This document shows, one piece after another, positions 46,601 through 61,600 of a DNA stretch of 64,000 nt. The number at the start of each line of letters is the position of its first letter. Position 1 is the stretch's first letter. The stretch covers positions 44,974 to 108,973 of the forward strand of contig NIVC01003258.1 in NCBI GenBank assembly GCA_002269645.1. Reading direction: 5' to 3'. This DNA comes from Macrostomum lignano. Its lineage: Eukaryota. The position numbers were made by a program, and so were the translations under genes. The notes beneath the pieces are model-generated. The model ran no database searches, was not told the origin of the DNA, and saw only the letters and a program-made list of their open reading frames with translations.

Positions 46601-49600
46601 GTTAGGGTTATTGTTAGGGTTAGGGTTAGGGTTAAAGCTACACAGCTGCGTGTTCAAATAAAAATTGAACCAATTGAATCAATTGATTGCGCAACCGATT
46701 TCTCAGTCAGTCAGTATCAGTCTCAGTTAAAGTTAACAAAAAGATTGCGCAATCTAAATCAACCCTCCAGTACACAGAGACCGACCCTTTTCAATACGCA
46801 GTAGCAGTTAGAAATTGAAGCCAATCTTTGCATAAAGCAAAAAATGGAGTTTTTTTGATGCTGCTCTTTTATCTTTACATTTAAGCAAACAATATATCCT
46901 CGAACTCAGTTTTTTTCAGTTCTCTTTTTAGCATTAGCTTTTAGCGAAAGGCATTGAAATATCGCGTGTACGTTCACATTGAAAGATCGCAAATTTATTC
47001 ATTCATTAACAGGCTCTATTACACAGCCTATTGAAAGGCACAGATAATAAAACAAATTGATGGCGCAACCGATTTCACAGTCAGTCAGTATCAGTCTCAG
47101 TTAAAGTTAAGAAAAACATTGCGCAATCTAAACCCTCCAATACACAGCGCCCGACCGCCTTCCACTACGCAGTGGCAATTAGCAATTGAACCCCCCAAAT
47201 TTATCTCTGACCTATCGCAAAAATAAGTACAATCTTTGCAGCAAGTTAAAAGTAAAAGTAATAAAATCGTTTTTTGAATGCTGTGCTTTTAATTTTTACA
47301 GTTAAAGCAAACAACTTATATCCCTGAACTCAGCGTTGCAAGATCTTTCCAGCAATATAAGTCTCTCCTCTCAAAGTTCAAAAATCGAGCAACAGTTAGC
47401 ATTTGAAACTTTCTGATTTAAAGCATTGAAATATCGAGTGTACGTTCACTGCCTGCTAGAGAGCTCGCAAATTATGCATTGAATTTCACTGTCCGCCAGT
47501 TAGCTATCCAAGTGTACACACGCCGCCACTGAGAACGCTCCTATCCAAAAAAAACAATTAAGTTAAAAAAAATTTTCAATTTTTCAAAGCTTCAATTTAG
47601 AAAAAAAAATTATAGATCTTAGCCAATCTTCCATAATAAGTTTCCCTATAAGTTTTGGCACTATTCAAGGAGGAGTTGTCGAAATGACAGACAGACAGAC
47701 AGACAAACAACGCGTCAACTTTAGTATATATAGACGAGTGGAACTCCTCCTTCGGAGGAGAAAGGGGAAGAACTCCCATCACCGGAATTCCATTCCCTGA
47801 AATCCATCAGCTGAAATTCCATGTCTTGAACCCTATCTTCCAGATCGTCTCCAAACTCTTTACAAAACCTTTCAAAGACCATAGCTCAAAGACTCTCACG
47901 TCTCTCATATCTCCTCTCTCTTCTATTCGCTATTATCGTGACTCTCTTCTCTCTCCTCTCTCTCATCTCATCTCTGCCCCTACTCCCTTATTAATCTCTC
48001 CACTCATTTCTACTCTGTTTTCTATCATCTCATCTCTCTTCTCTTTTCATTCTTCTCTTTACTCTCTTCTCTGACTGATTGAAGATGCCAAATCCATCAA
48101 GATCCTCTCCGCGAAGCAGAAATCCTGTCCGTGCAACTGAAAACCATCGAAATCCTCTCCGTGAAACTGGACTCCTTCGAAATCCTCTCATTGAAACTTA
48201 AATTCATCAAAATCGTCTCCATAAAACAGAAATCAATCATTAATTATCTCCGCGAAACAGAAATCCTCTCCGTGAAGCTGAACATCATCGAAATCCTCTC
48301 CGTGAAACTGAACACCATCGAAATCCTCTCCACGAAACAGAAATCCTCTCCGTCAAATTAAAACATTGAAATCGTCTCCGCTAAACTGGACTCAATCGAA
48401 TTTCTTTGCCGTCAAACAACTCAACTCTCCGGATTCATTGGTTAGGGTTAGGGTTAGGGTTAGGGTTAGAACTGCGCACAGCTTCGTGTTAAAAGGCACT
48501 GATAAAAATATTGAACTAATTGAATCAATTCATTGCGCAACCGATTTCACAGTCAGTCAGTATCAGCCTCAGGTAAAGTTAAGAAAAACATTGCGCAATC
48601 TAAATCAACCCTCCAATACACAGCAGCAGTGAGAAGTTGAACTCTCCCCCCAACTTTATCTATTACGTCTCGCAAAACTGAGTACAATTTTTGCAGAAAG
48701 TTAAAAGTATGGAAATAGTTTTTTCAATGCTGTGCTTTTTCTTTTCATATTTAAAGCAAACAATTTATATCCCTGAAATCAGCTTTGCAAGTTCTTTCCA
48801 GCAATATTAATTTTTTCTCTCAAAGTTAAAAACTCGAGCAACAGTTTGCGTTTGAAACTTTCTGATTTAAAGCATTGAAATATCAATTGTACGTTCACTG
48901 CCTGCTAAAGAGGCCCGCAAGTTTATGCATTGAATTTCAAGGTTCAACAAAATCACAGGGCTGCCTATTGAAAATTAGAACACAAATCTTTGCGCAATTG
49001 TCTATACAGTCAGCCAGTGAGCCAGGGTCCGATTGTACACAGGCAGCCATTTAGAACGCCCCATCCCCCACTGGAGAGAAAATACACTGCAGAGATAGGG
49101 AAAAGTTGTGGCGCAATCACTTGAAATTCATGCAAATTTTCAGCTCCAAGCAGAAAGAGGGTACAATTAAGATTATCAAAGGTCAAGACCGCCGTTTTCT
49201 GCTTTTTTGAGGATCTTAGAAATTAAAATTTCAGAATTAAAATAGCCTATAGCCGACCTCGGATAATTTCCAATCTTCCCATATAAGTTTCAACGCTGAG
49301 TTGGCACTATTCAAGGAGGAGTTGTCGAAATGACAGACACACAGAGACATACAGACAAAACAACGCGTCAACTTTAGTATATACGAGTGGAACTCCTCCT
49401 TCGGAGGAGAAAGGGGAAGAACTCCCATTACCGGAATTCCATTCCCTGAAATATCCATCAACTGAAATTCCATGTCTTGAACCCTATCTTCCAGATCGTC
49501 TCCAAACTCTTTACAAAACCTTTCAAAGACCATAGCTCAAAGACTCTCACGTCTCTCATATCTCCTCTCTCTTCTATTCGCTATTATCGTGACTCTCTTC

Positions 49601-52600
49601 TCTCTCCTCTCTCTCATCTCATCTCTGCCCCTACTCCCTTATTAATCTCTCCACTCATTTCTACTCTGTTTTCTATCATCTCATCTCTCTTCTCTTTTCA
49701 TTCTTCTCTTTACTCTCTCTCTGACTGATTGAAGATGCCAAATCCATCAAGATCCTCTCCGCGAAGCAGAAATCCTGTCCGTGCAACTGAAAACCATCGA
49801 AATCCTCTCCGTGAAACTGGACTCCTTCGAAATCCTCTCATTGAAACTTAAATTCATCAAAATCGTCTCCATAAAACAGAAATCAATCATAAATTATCTC
49901 CGCGAAACAGAAATCCTCTCCGTGAAGCTGAACATCATCGAAATCCTCTCCGTGAAACTGAACACCATCGAAATCCTCTCCACGAAACAGAAATCCTCTC
50001 CGTCAAAATTAAAACATTGAAATCGTCTCCGCTAAACTGGACTCAATCGAATTTTTTTGCCGTCAAACAACTCAACTCTCCGGATTCATTGGTTAGGGTT
50101 AGGGTTAGGGTTAGGGTTAGAACTGCGCACAGCTTCGTGTTAAAAGGCACTGATAAAAATATTGAACTAATTGAATCAATTCATTGCGCAACCGATTTCA
50201 CAGTCAGTCAGTATCAGCCTCAGGTAAAGTTAAGAAAAACATTGCGCAGTCTAAATCAACCCTCCAATACACAGCAGCAGTGAGAAGTTGAACTCTCCCC
50301 CCAACTTTATCTATTACGTCTCGCAAAACTGAGTACAATTTTTGCAGAAAGTTAAAAGTATGGAAATAGTTTTTTCAATGCTGTGCTTTTTCTTTTCATA
50401 TTTAAAGCAAACAATTTATATCCCTGAAATCAGCTTTGCAAGTTCTTTCCAGCAATATTAATTTTTTCTCTCAAAGTTAAAAACTCGAGCAACAGTTTGC
50501 GTTTGAAACTTTCTGATTTAAAGCATTGAAATATCAATTGTACGTTCACTGCCTGCTAAAGAGGCCCGCAAGTTTATGCATTGAATTTCAAGGTTCAACA
50601 AAATCACAGGGCTGCCTATTGAAAATTAGAACACAAATCTTTGCGCAACTGTCTATGCAGTCAGCCAGTGAGCCAGGGTCCGATTGTACACAGGCAGCCA
50701 TTTAGAACGCCCCATCCCCCCACTGGAGAGAAAATACACTGCAGAGATAGGGAAAAGTTGTGGCGCAATCACTTGAAATTCATGCAAATTTTCAGCTCCA
50801 AGCAGAAAGAGGGGACAATTAAGATTATCAAAGGTCAAGACCGCCGTTTTCTGCTTCTTTGAGGATCTTAGAAATTAAAATTTCAGAATTAAAATAGCCT
50901 ATAGCCGACCTCGGATAATTTCCAATCTTCCCATATAAGTTTCAACGCTGAGTTGGCACTATTCAAGGAGGAGTTGTCGAAATGACAGACACACAGACAG
51001 ACAGACAGACAAACAACACGTCAACTTTAGTATATAAACTCCTCCTTCGGAGGAGAAAGGGGAAGAACTCCCATCACCGGAATTCCATTCCCTGAAATCC
51101 ATCAGCTGAAACTCCACTTGAATCCCAACTTCCAAATCGTCTCCAAATTCTTTACAAAATCTTTGAAAGACCATAGCTCAAAGACTCTCACGTCTCTCAT
51201 ATCTCCTCTCTCTTCTATTCGCTATTATCGTGACTCTCTTCTCTCTCCTCTCTCTCATCTCATCTCTACCCGTACTCCCTTATTTATGTTTTATCCCTCG
51301 TCTTTCGTCTGTACCCTCTCCTGTCTCTTGTCTCCTCTCTTCTCTCATATCTCTCCTCTTCACTTCTGTCTCCTGTCTTCTCTCTTCTCTCTTATCTCTC
51401 CCTCTTCTCTCCTCTTTTATATGTCATCCCTATTCACTTATCTATCGTCTCTCTTAACCCTCTCTCTCTTCTCTTTTCTTTCCTCTCTGCTCTCATTTCT
51501 CATATCTCATATACGCTCTCACACTCCACTTACTTGTCTCCAATCTTTCTTTCCTCCTTTCCACTTTTCCCTGTCTCTTCTCTTCTCTCTTTTCTATCCT
51601 CTCCATTCTCTCTTTTCTCCTCCCCTTGCTCCTTTTATCTTCTCCCTCTCTTCTCTAATCTCTTCTCTCTTCTCTCTTATGTTCTCACTCATCTCTTATC
51701 ATCGCATCTCTCATCTCTCCTCTCCTCACTACTTTCCTCTCTTAACTCTCTTATCTATTTCATCTCTCTCCTCTCTCCTCTTTCTCTTCTCCTCTCGCTT
51801 CTTCTCTCGCTTCTCTCTCCTATCTCTCCTCTCATCTCTACTACCGTATTTATATCTTCTAACTGGTCCTTCGTCTCTACTCTCTCCTTTCTCCTTTCTC
51901 CCCTCTTTTCTCCTTTCTTGTCTCTCCTGTCTCCCCTCCTCTCTCATCCCTCATCCCCTCATCTCACTCTTTCTTTCTCCTCTACTCTCCCCTCTCTTCT
52001 ATTTTCTCTGTACGCTCTTATCCCTAATCTATTTTCTCTCCTCTCTCCTCTTTTCTTCTCTCTCCCTCTTCGTTCCCGCCTAAATCCCCTCTTCTCTCCA
52101 ATCTGTCATGTCTAATATCTCCACTTATTTCTACTCTGTTTTCTATCATCTCATCTCTCTTCTGCTTTCATTCTTCTCTTTACTCTTTTCTCTGACTGAT
52201 TGAAGATGCCAAATCCATCAAGATCCTCTCCGCGAAGCAGAAATCCTGTCCGTGCAACTGAAAACCATCAAAATCCTCTCCGTGAAACTGGACTCCTTCG
52301 AAATCCTTTCCGTGAAACTGAAAACCATCGAAATTCTCTCTTTTAAACTGGACTCAATCGAAATTTTCTCCGTCAAAAAAAATAAATATCAGGATTCATT
52401 GGTTAGGGTTATTGTTAGGGTTAGGGTTAGGGTTAAAGCTACACACAGCTGCGTGTTCAAATAAAAAATTGAACCAATTGAATCAATTGATTGCGCAACC
52501 GATTTCTCAGTCAGTCAGTATCAGTCTCAGTTAAAGTTAAGAAAAACATTGCGCAATCTAAATCAACCCTCCAATACACAGCAGCAGTGAGAAGTTGAAC

Positions 52601-55600
52601 TCTCCCCCCAACTTTATATATTACGTCTCGCAAAACTGAGTACAATTTTTGCAGAAAGTTAAAAGTATGGAAATAGTTTTTTCAATGCTGTGCTTTTTCT
52701 TTTCATATTTAAAGCAAACAATTTATATCCCTGAAATCAGCTTTGCAAGTTCTTTCGAGCAATATTAATTTTTTCTCTCAAAGTTAAAAACTCGAGCAAC
52801 AGTTTGCGTTTGAAACTTTCTGATTTAAAGCATTGAAATATCAATTGTACGTTCACTGCCTGCTAAAGAGGCCCGCAAGTTTATGCATTGAATTTCAAGG
52901 TTCAACAAAACACAGGGCTGCCTATTGAAAATGAGAACACAAATCTTTGCGCAATTGTCTATAAAGTCAGCCGGTGAGCCAGGGTCCGATTGTACACATG
53001 CAGCCATTTAGAACGCCCCATCCCCCACTGGAGAGAAAATACACTGCCAAGGTAGCAAAATTTTATGGCGCAATCACTTAAAATTCATGCAAATTTTCAG
53101 CTCCGAGCAGAAAGAGGGGACAATAAATTATCAAAGTCAAGATTCGAGTTTTCTGCTTTTTTGAGGATCTTAGAAATTAAAATTTCAGAATTAAAATAGC
53201 CTATAGCCGACCTCGGATAATTTCCAATCTTCCCATATAAGTTTCAACGCTGAGTTGCCACTATTCAAGGAGGAGTTGTCGAAATGACACACACACACAC
53301 AGACAGACAAACAACACGTCAACTTTAGTATATACGAGTGGAACTCCTCCTTCGGAGGAGAAAGGGGAAGAACTCCCATCACCGGAATTCTATTCCCTGA
53401 AATATCCATCAACTGAAATTCCATGTCTTTAACCCTATCTTCCAAATCGTCTCCAAATTCTTTACAAAATCTTTCAAAGACCATAGCTCAAAGACTCTCA
53501 AGTCTCTCATATCTCCTCTCTCCTCTCTCTCATCTCATCTCTACCCCTGCTCCCTTATTTATCTCTTCTCCCTCGTCTTTCGTCTGTACCTTCTCCTGTC
53601 TTCTGTCTCCTCTCTTCACTCTTATCTCTCCCTCTTCTCTCCTCTCTCATATGTCATCTCTACTCACTTATCTATCGTCTCTCTTAATCCTCTCTCTCTC
53701 TTCTCTTTTCTCTTCTCTCTGCTCTCATTTCTCATATTTCATATACGCTCTGACACTACTTTCTTGTCTCCCATCTTTCTTCCTCCTTTTCACTATCCCC
53801 TGTCTCTTCTCTTCTCTCTTTTCTATTCTCTCCATTCTCTCTTTTCTCCTTTCCTTGCTCCTTTCATCTCTCTCCTCTCTCCTCACTCTCTTCTCCTTTC
53901 GCTTCTCTCTCCTCTCTCTCCTCTCATCTTTACTACCTTATTTATATCTTCTCCCTAGTCTTTCGTCTGTAGTCTCTCCTGTCTCCTCTCTCCCTCCTCT
54001 CTCATCCCTCATCTCCTCATCTCACTCTTTCTTTCTCCTCTACTCTCCCCTCTCTTCTATTGCCTCTGTACGCTCTTATCCCTCATCTATTCTCTCTCCT
54101 ATCATCTCCAATCTGTCATGTCTAATCTCTCCACTCAATTATACTCTGTTTTCTATCATCTCTTCTCTCTTCTCTTTTCAGTCTTCTCTTTACTCTCTTC
54201 TCTGACTGATTGAAGATGCCAAATCCATCAAGATCCTCTCCGCGAAGCAAAAATCCTGTCTGTGCAACTAAAAACCATCGAAATCCTCTCAGTGAAACTG
54301 GACTCCTTCGAAATCCTCTCCTTGAAACCTGAATCCATCAAAATTGTTTCCATAAACAGAAATCAATCATAAATTATCTCCGCGAAACAGAAATCCTCTC
54401 CGTGAAGCTGAACATGATCGAAATCCTCTCCGTGAAACTGAACACCATGGAAATCCTTTCGTGAAACTGAACATCATCGAAATCCTCTCCACGAAACAGA
54501 ATTCTTCTCCGTCAGAATTTAAACATTGAAATCGTCTCCGCTAAACTTGACTTAATCGAATTGTTTCCGTCAAACAACTCAACTCGCCAGATTCATTAGG
54601 GTTAGGGTTAGGGTTAGGGTTAGGGTTAGAACTACGCACAGCTTCGTGTTAAAAGGCACAGATAAAAATATTGAACTAATTGAATCAATTCATTGCGCAA
54701 CCGATTTCACAGTCAGTCAGTATCAGCCTCAGGTAAAGTTAACAAAAACATTGCGCAATCTAAATCAACCCTCCAATACACAGCAGCAGTGAGAAGTTGA
54801 ACCCTCCCCCCAACTTTATCTATTACGTCTTGCAAAACTGAGTACAATATTTGCAAAAAGTTAAAAGTATGGAAATAGTTTTTCAAATGCTGTGCTTTTT
54901 CTTTTCATATTTAAAGCAAACAACTTATATCCCGAACTCAGCGTTGCAAGATCTTGCCAGCAATATAAGTTTCTCCTCTCAAAGTTTAAAACTCGAGGAA
55001 CAGTTAGCGTTTGAAACTGTCTGATTTATAGCATTGAAGTATCGAGTGTACGTTCACTGCCTGCTTGCAAGTTGATGCATTGAATTTCAATGTCCAACAA
55101 ATACACAGGACTGCCCATTGAAAGGCAGGAAAACTTATCAGTAGCCATATCATTGCGCAATTATCTTACAGTCAGCCAGTGAGCCAGGGTCCAAGTGTAC
55201 ACACGCAGCCACTGAGAACGCTCCCACCCCCCACTGGAGAGAAAATACAGTACAGAGATAGGGAAAAGTTGTGGCGCAATCACAAAAATTCATGCATTTT
55301 TCAGCTCCAAGCAGAAAGAGGGGACAATTAAGATTATCAAAGGTCAAGATTCAAGTTTTCTGCTTTTTTGAGGATCTTAGAAATTAAAATTTCAGAATTA
55401 AAATAGCCTATAGCCGACCTCGGATAATTTCCAATCTTCCCATATAAGTTTCAACGCTGAGTTGGCACTATTCAAGGGGGAGTTGTCGAAATGACACACA
55501 CACACACACAGACAGACAAACAACACGTCAACTTTAGTATATAGAGTGGAACTCCTCCTTCGGAGGAGAAAGGGGAAGAACTCCCATCACCGGAATTCTA

Positions 55601-58600
55601 TTCCCTGAAATATCCATCAACTGAAATTCCATGTCTTGAACCCTATCTTCCAAATCGTCTCCAAATTCTTTAGAAAACCTTTCAAAGACCATAGCTCAAA
55701 GACTCTCACGTCTCTCATATCTACTCTCTCCACTCTGTGCTATTATCGTGACTCTCTTCTCTCTCCTCTCTCTCATCTCATCTCTACCCGTACTCCCTTA
55801 TTTATGTTTTCTCCCTCGTCTTTCGTCTGTACCCTCTCCTGTCTCTTGTCTCCTCTCTTCTCTCATATCTCTCCTCTTCACTTCTGTCTCCTGTCTTCTC
55901 TCTTCTCTCTTATCTCTCCCTCTTCTCTCCTCTTTTATATGTCATCCCTATTCACTTATCTATCGTCTCTCTTAACCCTCTCTCTCTTCTCTTTTCTTTC
56001 CTCTCTGCTCTCATTTCTCATATCTCATATACGCTCTCACACTCCACTTACTTGTCTCCAATCTTTCTTTCCTCCTTTCCACTTTTCCCTGTCTCTTCTC
56101 TTCTCTCTTTTCTATCCTCTCCATTCTCTCTTTTCTCCTCCCCTTGCTCCTTTTATCTTCTCCCCTCTCTTCTCTAATCTCTTCTCTCTTCTCTCTTATG
56201 TTCTCACTCATCTCTTATCATCGCATCTCTCATCTCTCCTCTCCTCACTACTTTCCTCTCTTAACTCTCTTATCTATTTCATCTCTCTCCTCTCTCCTCT
56301 TTCTCTTCTCCTCTCGCTTCTTCTCTCGCTTCTCTCTCCTATCTCTCCTCTCATCTCTACTACCGTATTTATATCTTCTAACTGGTCCTTCGTCTCTACT
56401 CTCTCCTTTCTCCTTTCTCCCCTCTTTTCTCCTTTCTTGTCTCTCCTGTCTCCCCTCCTCTCTCATCCCTCATCCCCTCATCTCACTCTTTCTTTCTCCT
56501 CTACTCTCCCCTCTCTTCTATTTTCTCTGTACGCTCTTATCCCTAATCTATTTTCTCTCCTCTCTCCTCTTTTCTTCTCTCTCCCTCTTCGTTCCCGCCT
56601 AAATCCCCTCTTCTCTCCAATCTGTCATGTCTAATATCTCCACTTATTTCTACTCTGTTTTCTATCATCTCATCTCTCTTCTGCTTTCATTCTTCTCTTT
56701 ACTCTTTTCTCTGACTGATTGAAGATGCCAAATCCATCAAGATCCTCTCCGCGAAGCAGAAATCCTGTCCGTGCAACTGAAAACCATCGAAATCCTCTCC
56801 GTGAAACTGGACTCCTTCGAAATCCTTTCCGTGAAACTGAAAACCATCGAAATTCTCTCTTTTAAACTGGACTCAATCGAAATTTTCTCCGTCAAAAAAA
56901 ATAAATATCAGGATTCATTGGTTAGGGTTATTGTTAGGGTTAGGGTTAGGGTTAAAGCTACACACAGCTGCGTGTTCAAATAAAAATTGAACCAATTGAA
57001 TCAATTGATTGCGCAACCGATTTCTCAGTCAGTCAGTATCAGTCTCAGTTAAAGTTAACAAAAAGATTGCGCAATCTAAATCAACCCTCCAGTACACAGA
57101 GACCGACCTCTTTTCAATACGCAGTAGCAGTTAGAAATTGAACGCCGAACTGTTGGGGGCATTGAACCAAAAAATGAGTACAATCTTTGCATAAAGCTAA
57201 AAGTATGGAAATAGTTTTTTTGATGCTGCTCTTTTAGTCTTTATATTTATAGCAAACAATTTATATCCTCGAACTCAGCGTTGCAAGATCTTTTCAGCAG
57301 TATAAGTATCTTCTCTTAAAGTTTAGAACTCGAAGAGCAGTTAGCGTTTGAAAGTTCCCGTTTTAAGGCATTGAAATATCGCGTGTACGTTCACTGCCTG
57401 CCAAAGAGGCTCGCAAATTTATTCATTCATTACACAGGCTGGCTATTACACAGGGCAGCCTATTGAAAGGCACAGATAATAAAACAAATTGATGGCGCAA
57501 CCGATTTCACAGTCAGTCAGTATCAGTCTCAGTTAAAGTTAACAAAAACATTGCGCAATCTAAATCAACCCTCCAATACACAGCAGCAGTAAGAAGTTGA
57601 ACCCTCCCCCAAACTTTATCTATTACGTCTCGCAAAACTGAGTACAATTTTTGCAGAAAGTTAAAAGTATGGAAATAGTTTTTTCAATGCTGTGCTTTTT
57701 CTTTTCATATTTAAAGCAAACAATTTATATCCCTGAAATCAGCTTTGCAAGTTCTTTCCAGCAATATTAATTTTTTCTCTCAAAGTTAAAAACTCGAGCA
57801 ACAGTTAGCGTTTGAAACTTTCTGATTTAAAGCATTGAAATATCAATTGTACGTTCACTGCCTGCTAAAGAGGCCCGCAAGTTTATGCATTGAATTTCAA
57901 GGTTCAACAAAATCACAGGGCTGCCTATTGAAAATTAGAACACAAAAATCTTTGCGCAATTGTCTATAAAGTCAGCCGGTGAGCCAGGGTCCGATTGTAC
58001 ACATGCAGCCATTTAGAACGCCCCATCCCCCCACTGGAGAGAAAATACACTGCCAAGGTAGCAAAATTTTATGGCGCAATCACTTAAAATTCATGCAAAT
58101 TTTCAGCTCCGAGCAGAAAGAGGGGACAATTAAGATTATCAAAGGTCAAGACCGCCGTTTTCTGCTTTTTTGAGGATCTTAGAAATTAAAATTTCAGAAT
58201 TAAAATAGCCTATAGCCGACCTCGGATAATTTCCAATCTTCCCATATAAGTTTCAACGCTGAGTTGGCACTATTCAAGGAGGAGTTGTCGAAATGACAGA
58301 CACACAGACAGACAGACAGACAGACAAACAACACGTCAACTTTAGTATATAAGTGGAACTCCTCCTTCGGAGGAGAAAGGGGAAGAACTCCATCACCGGA
58401 ATTCCATTCCCTGAAATATCCATCAACTGAAATTCCATGTCTTGAACCCTATCTTCCAAATCGTCTCCAAATTCTTTAGAAAAACTTTCAAAGACCATAG
58501 CTCAAAGACTCTCACGTCTCTTATATCTACTCTCTCCACTCTGTGCTATTATCGTGACTCTCTTCTCTCTCCTCTCTCTCATCTCATCTCTACCCGTACT

Positions 58601-61600
58601 CCCTTATTTATGTTTTCTCCCTCGTCTTTCGTCTGTACCCTCTCCTGTCTCTTGTCTCATCTCTTCTCTCATATCTCTCCTCTTCACTTCTGTCTCCTGT
58701 CTTCTCTCTTCTCTCTTATCTCTCCCTCTTCTCTCCTCTTTTATATGTCATCCCTATTCACTTATCTAACGTCTCTCTTAACCCTCTCTCTCTTCTCTTT
58801 TCTTTCCTCTCTGCTCTATTTCTCATATCTCATATACGCTCTCACACTCCACTTACTTGTCTCCAATCTTTCTTTCCTCCTTTCCACTTTTCCCTGTCTC
58901 TTCTCTTCTCTCTTTTCTATCCTCTCCATTCTCTCTTTTCTCCTCCCCTTGCTCCTTTTATCTTCTCCCCTCTCTTCTCTAATCTCTTCTCTCTTATGTT
59001 CTCACTCATCTCTTATCATCGCATCTCTCATCTCTCCTCTCCTCACTACTTTCCTCTCTTAACTCTCTTATCTATTTCATCTCTCTCCTCTCTCCTCTTT
59101 CTCTTCTCCTCTCGCTTCTTCTCTCGCTTCTCTCTCCTATCTCTCCTCTCATCTCTACTACCGTATTTATATCTTCTAACTGGTCCTTCGTCTCTACTCT
59201 CTCCTTTCTCCTTTCTCCCCTCTTTTCTCCTTTCTTGTCTCTCCTGTCTCCCCTCCTCTCTCATCCCTCATCCCCTCATCTCACTCTTTCTTTCTTCTCT
59301 ACTCTCCCCTCTCTTCTATTTTCTCTGTACGCTCTTATCCCTAATCTATTTTCTCTCCTCTCTCCTCTTTTCTTCTCTCTCCCTCTTCGTTCCCGCCTAA
59401 ATCCCCTCTTCTCTCCAATCTGTCATGTCTAATATCTCCACTTATTTCTACTCTGTTTTCTATCATCTCATCTCTCTTCTGCTTTCATTCTTCTCTTTAC
59501 TCTTTTCTCTGACTGATTGAAGATGCCAAATCCATCAAGATCCTCTCCGCGAAGCAGAAATCCTGTCCGTGCAACTGAAAACCATCGAAATCCTCTCCGT
59601 GAAACTGGACTCCTTCGAAATCCTTTCCGTGAAACTGAAAACCATCGAAATTCTCTCTTTTAAACTGGACTCAATCGAAATTTTCTCCGTCAAAAAAAAT
59701 AAATATCAGGATTCATTGGTTAGGGTTTTTGTTAGGGTTAGGGTTAGGGTTAAAGCTACACACAGCTGCGTGTTCAAATAAAAATTGAACCAATTGAATC
59801 AATTGATTGCGCAACCGATTTCTAGTCAGTCAGTATCAGTCTCAGTTAAAGTTTACAAAAGATTGCGCAATCTAAATCAACCCTCCAGTACACAGAGACC
59901 GACCTCTTTTCAATACGCAGTAGCAGTTAGAAATTGAACGCCGAACTGTTGGGGGCATTGAACCAAAAAATGAGTACAATCTTTGCATAAAGCTAAAAGT
60001 ATGGAAATAGTTTTTTTGATGCTGCTCTTTTAGTCTTTATATTTATAGCAAACAATTTATATCCTCGAACTCAGCGTTGCAAGATCTTTTCAGCAGGATA
60101 AGTATCTTCTCTTAAAGTTTAGAACTCGAAGAGCAGTTAGCGTTTGAAAGTTCCCGTTTTAAGGCATTGAAATATCGAGTGTACGTTCACTGCCTGCCAA
60201 AGAGGCTCGCAAATTTATTCATTCATTACACAGGCTGGCTATTACACAGGGCAGCCTATTGAAAGGCACAGATAATAAAACAAATTGATGGCGCAACCGA
60301 TTTCACAGTCAGTCAGTATCAGTCTCAGTTAAAGTTAACAAAAACATTGCGCAATCTAAATCAACCCTCCAATACACAGCAGCAGTAAGAAGTTGAACCC
60401 TCCCCCAAACTTTATCTATTACGTCTCGCAAAACTGAGTACAATTTTTGCAGAAAGTTAAAAGTATGGAAATAGTTTTTTCAATGCTGTGCTTTTTCTTT
60501 TCATATTTAAAGCAAACAATTTATATCCCTGAAATCAGCTTTGCAAGTTCTTTCCAGCAATATTAATTTTTTCTCTCAAAGTTAAAAACTCGAGCAACAG
60601 TTAGCGTTTTGAAACTTTCTGATTTAAAGCATTGAAATATCGATTGTACGTTCACTGCCTGCTAAAGAGGCCCGCAAGTTTATGCATTGAATTTCAAGGT
60701 TCAACAAAATCACAGGGCTGCCTATTGAAAATTAGAACACAAATCTTTGCGCAATTGTCTATAAAGTCAGCCGGTGAGCCAGGGTCCGATTGTACACATG
60801 CAGCCATTTAGAACGCCCATCCCCCACTGGAGAGAAAATACACTGCCAAGGTAGCAAAATTTTATGGCGCAATCACTTAAAATTCATGCAAATTTTCAGC
60901 TCCGAGCAGAAAGAGGGGACAATTAAGATTATCAAAGGTCAAGATTCAAGTTTTCTGCTTTTTTGAGGATCTTAGAAATTAAAATTTCAGAATTAAAATA
61001 GCCTATAGCCGACCTCGGATAATTTCCAATCTTCCCATATAAGTTTCAACGCTGAGTTGCCACTATTCAAGGAGGAGTTGTCGAAATGACAGACAGACAG
61101 ACAAACAACGCGTCAACTTTAGTATATATAGATAGAGTGGAACTCCTCCTTCGGAGGAGAAAGGGGAAGAACTCCCATCACCGGAATTCTATTCCCTGAA
61201 ATATCCATCAACTGAAATTCCATGTCTTTAACCCTATCTTCCAAATCGTCTCCAAATTCTTTACAAAATCTTTCAAAGACCATAGCTCAAAGACTCTCAA
61301 GTCTCTCATATCTCCTCTCTCCTCTCTCTCATCTCATCTCTACCCATGCTCCCTTATTTATCTCTTCTCCCTCGTCTTTCGTCTGTACCTTCTCCTGTCT
61401 TCTGTCTCCTCTCTTCACTCTTATCTCTCCCTCTTCTCTCCTCTCTCATATGTCATCTCTACTCACTTATCTATCGTCTCTCTTAACCCTCTCTCTCTCT
61501 TCTCTTTTCTCTTCTCTCTGCTCTCATTTCTCATATTTCATATACGCTCTGACACTACTTTCTTGTCTCCCATCTTTCTTCCTCCTTTTCACTATCCCCT

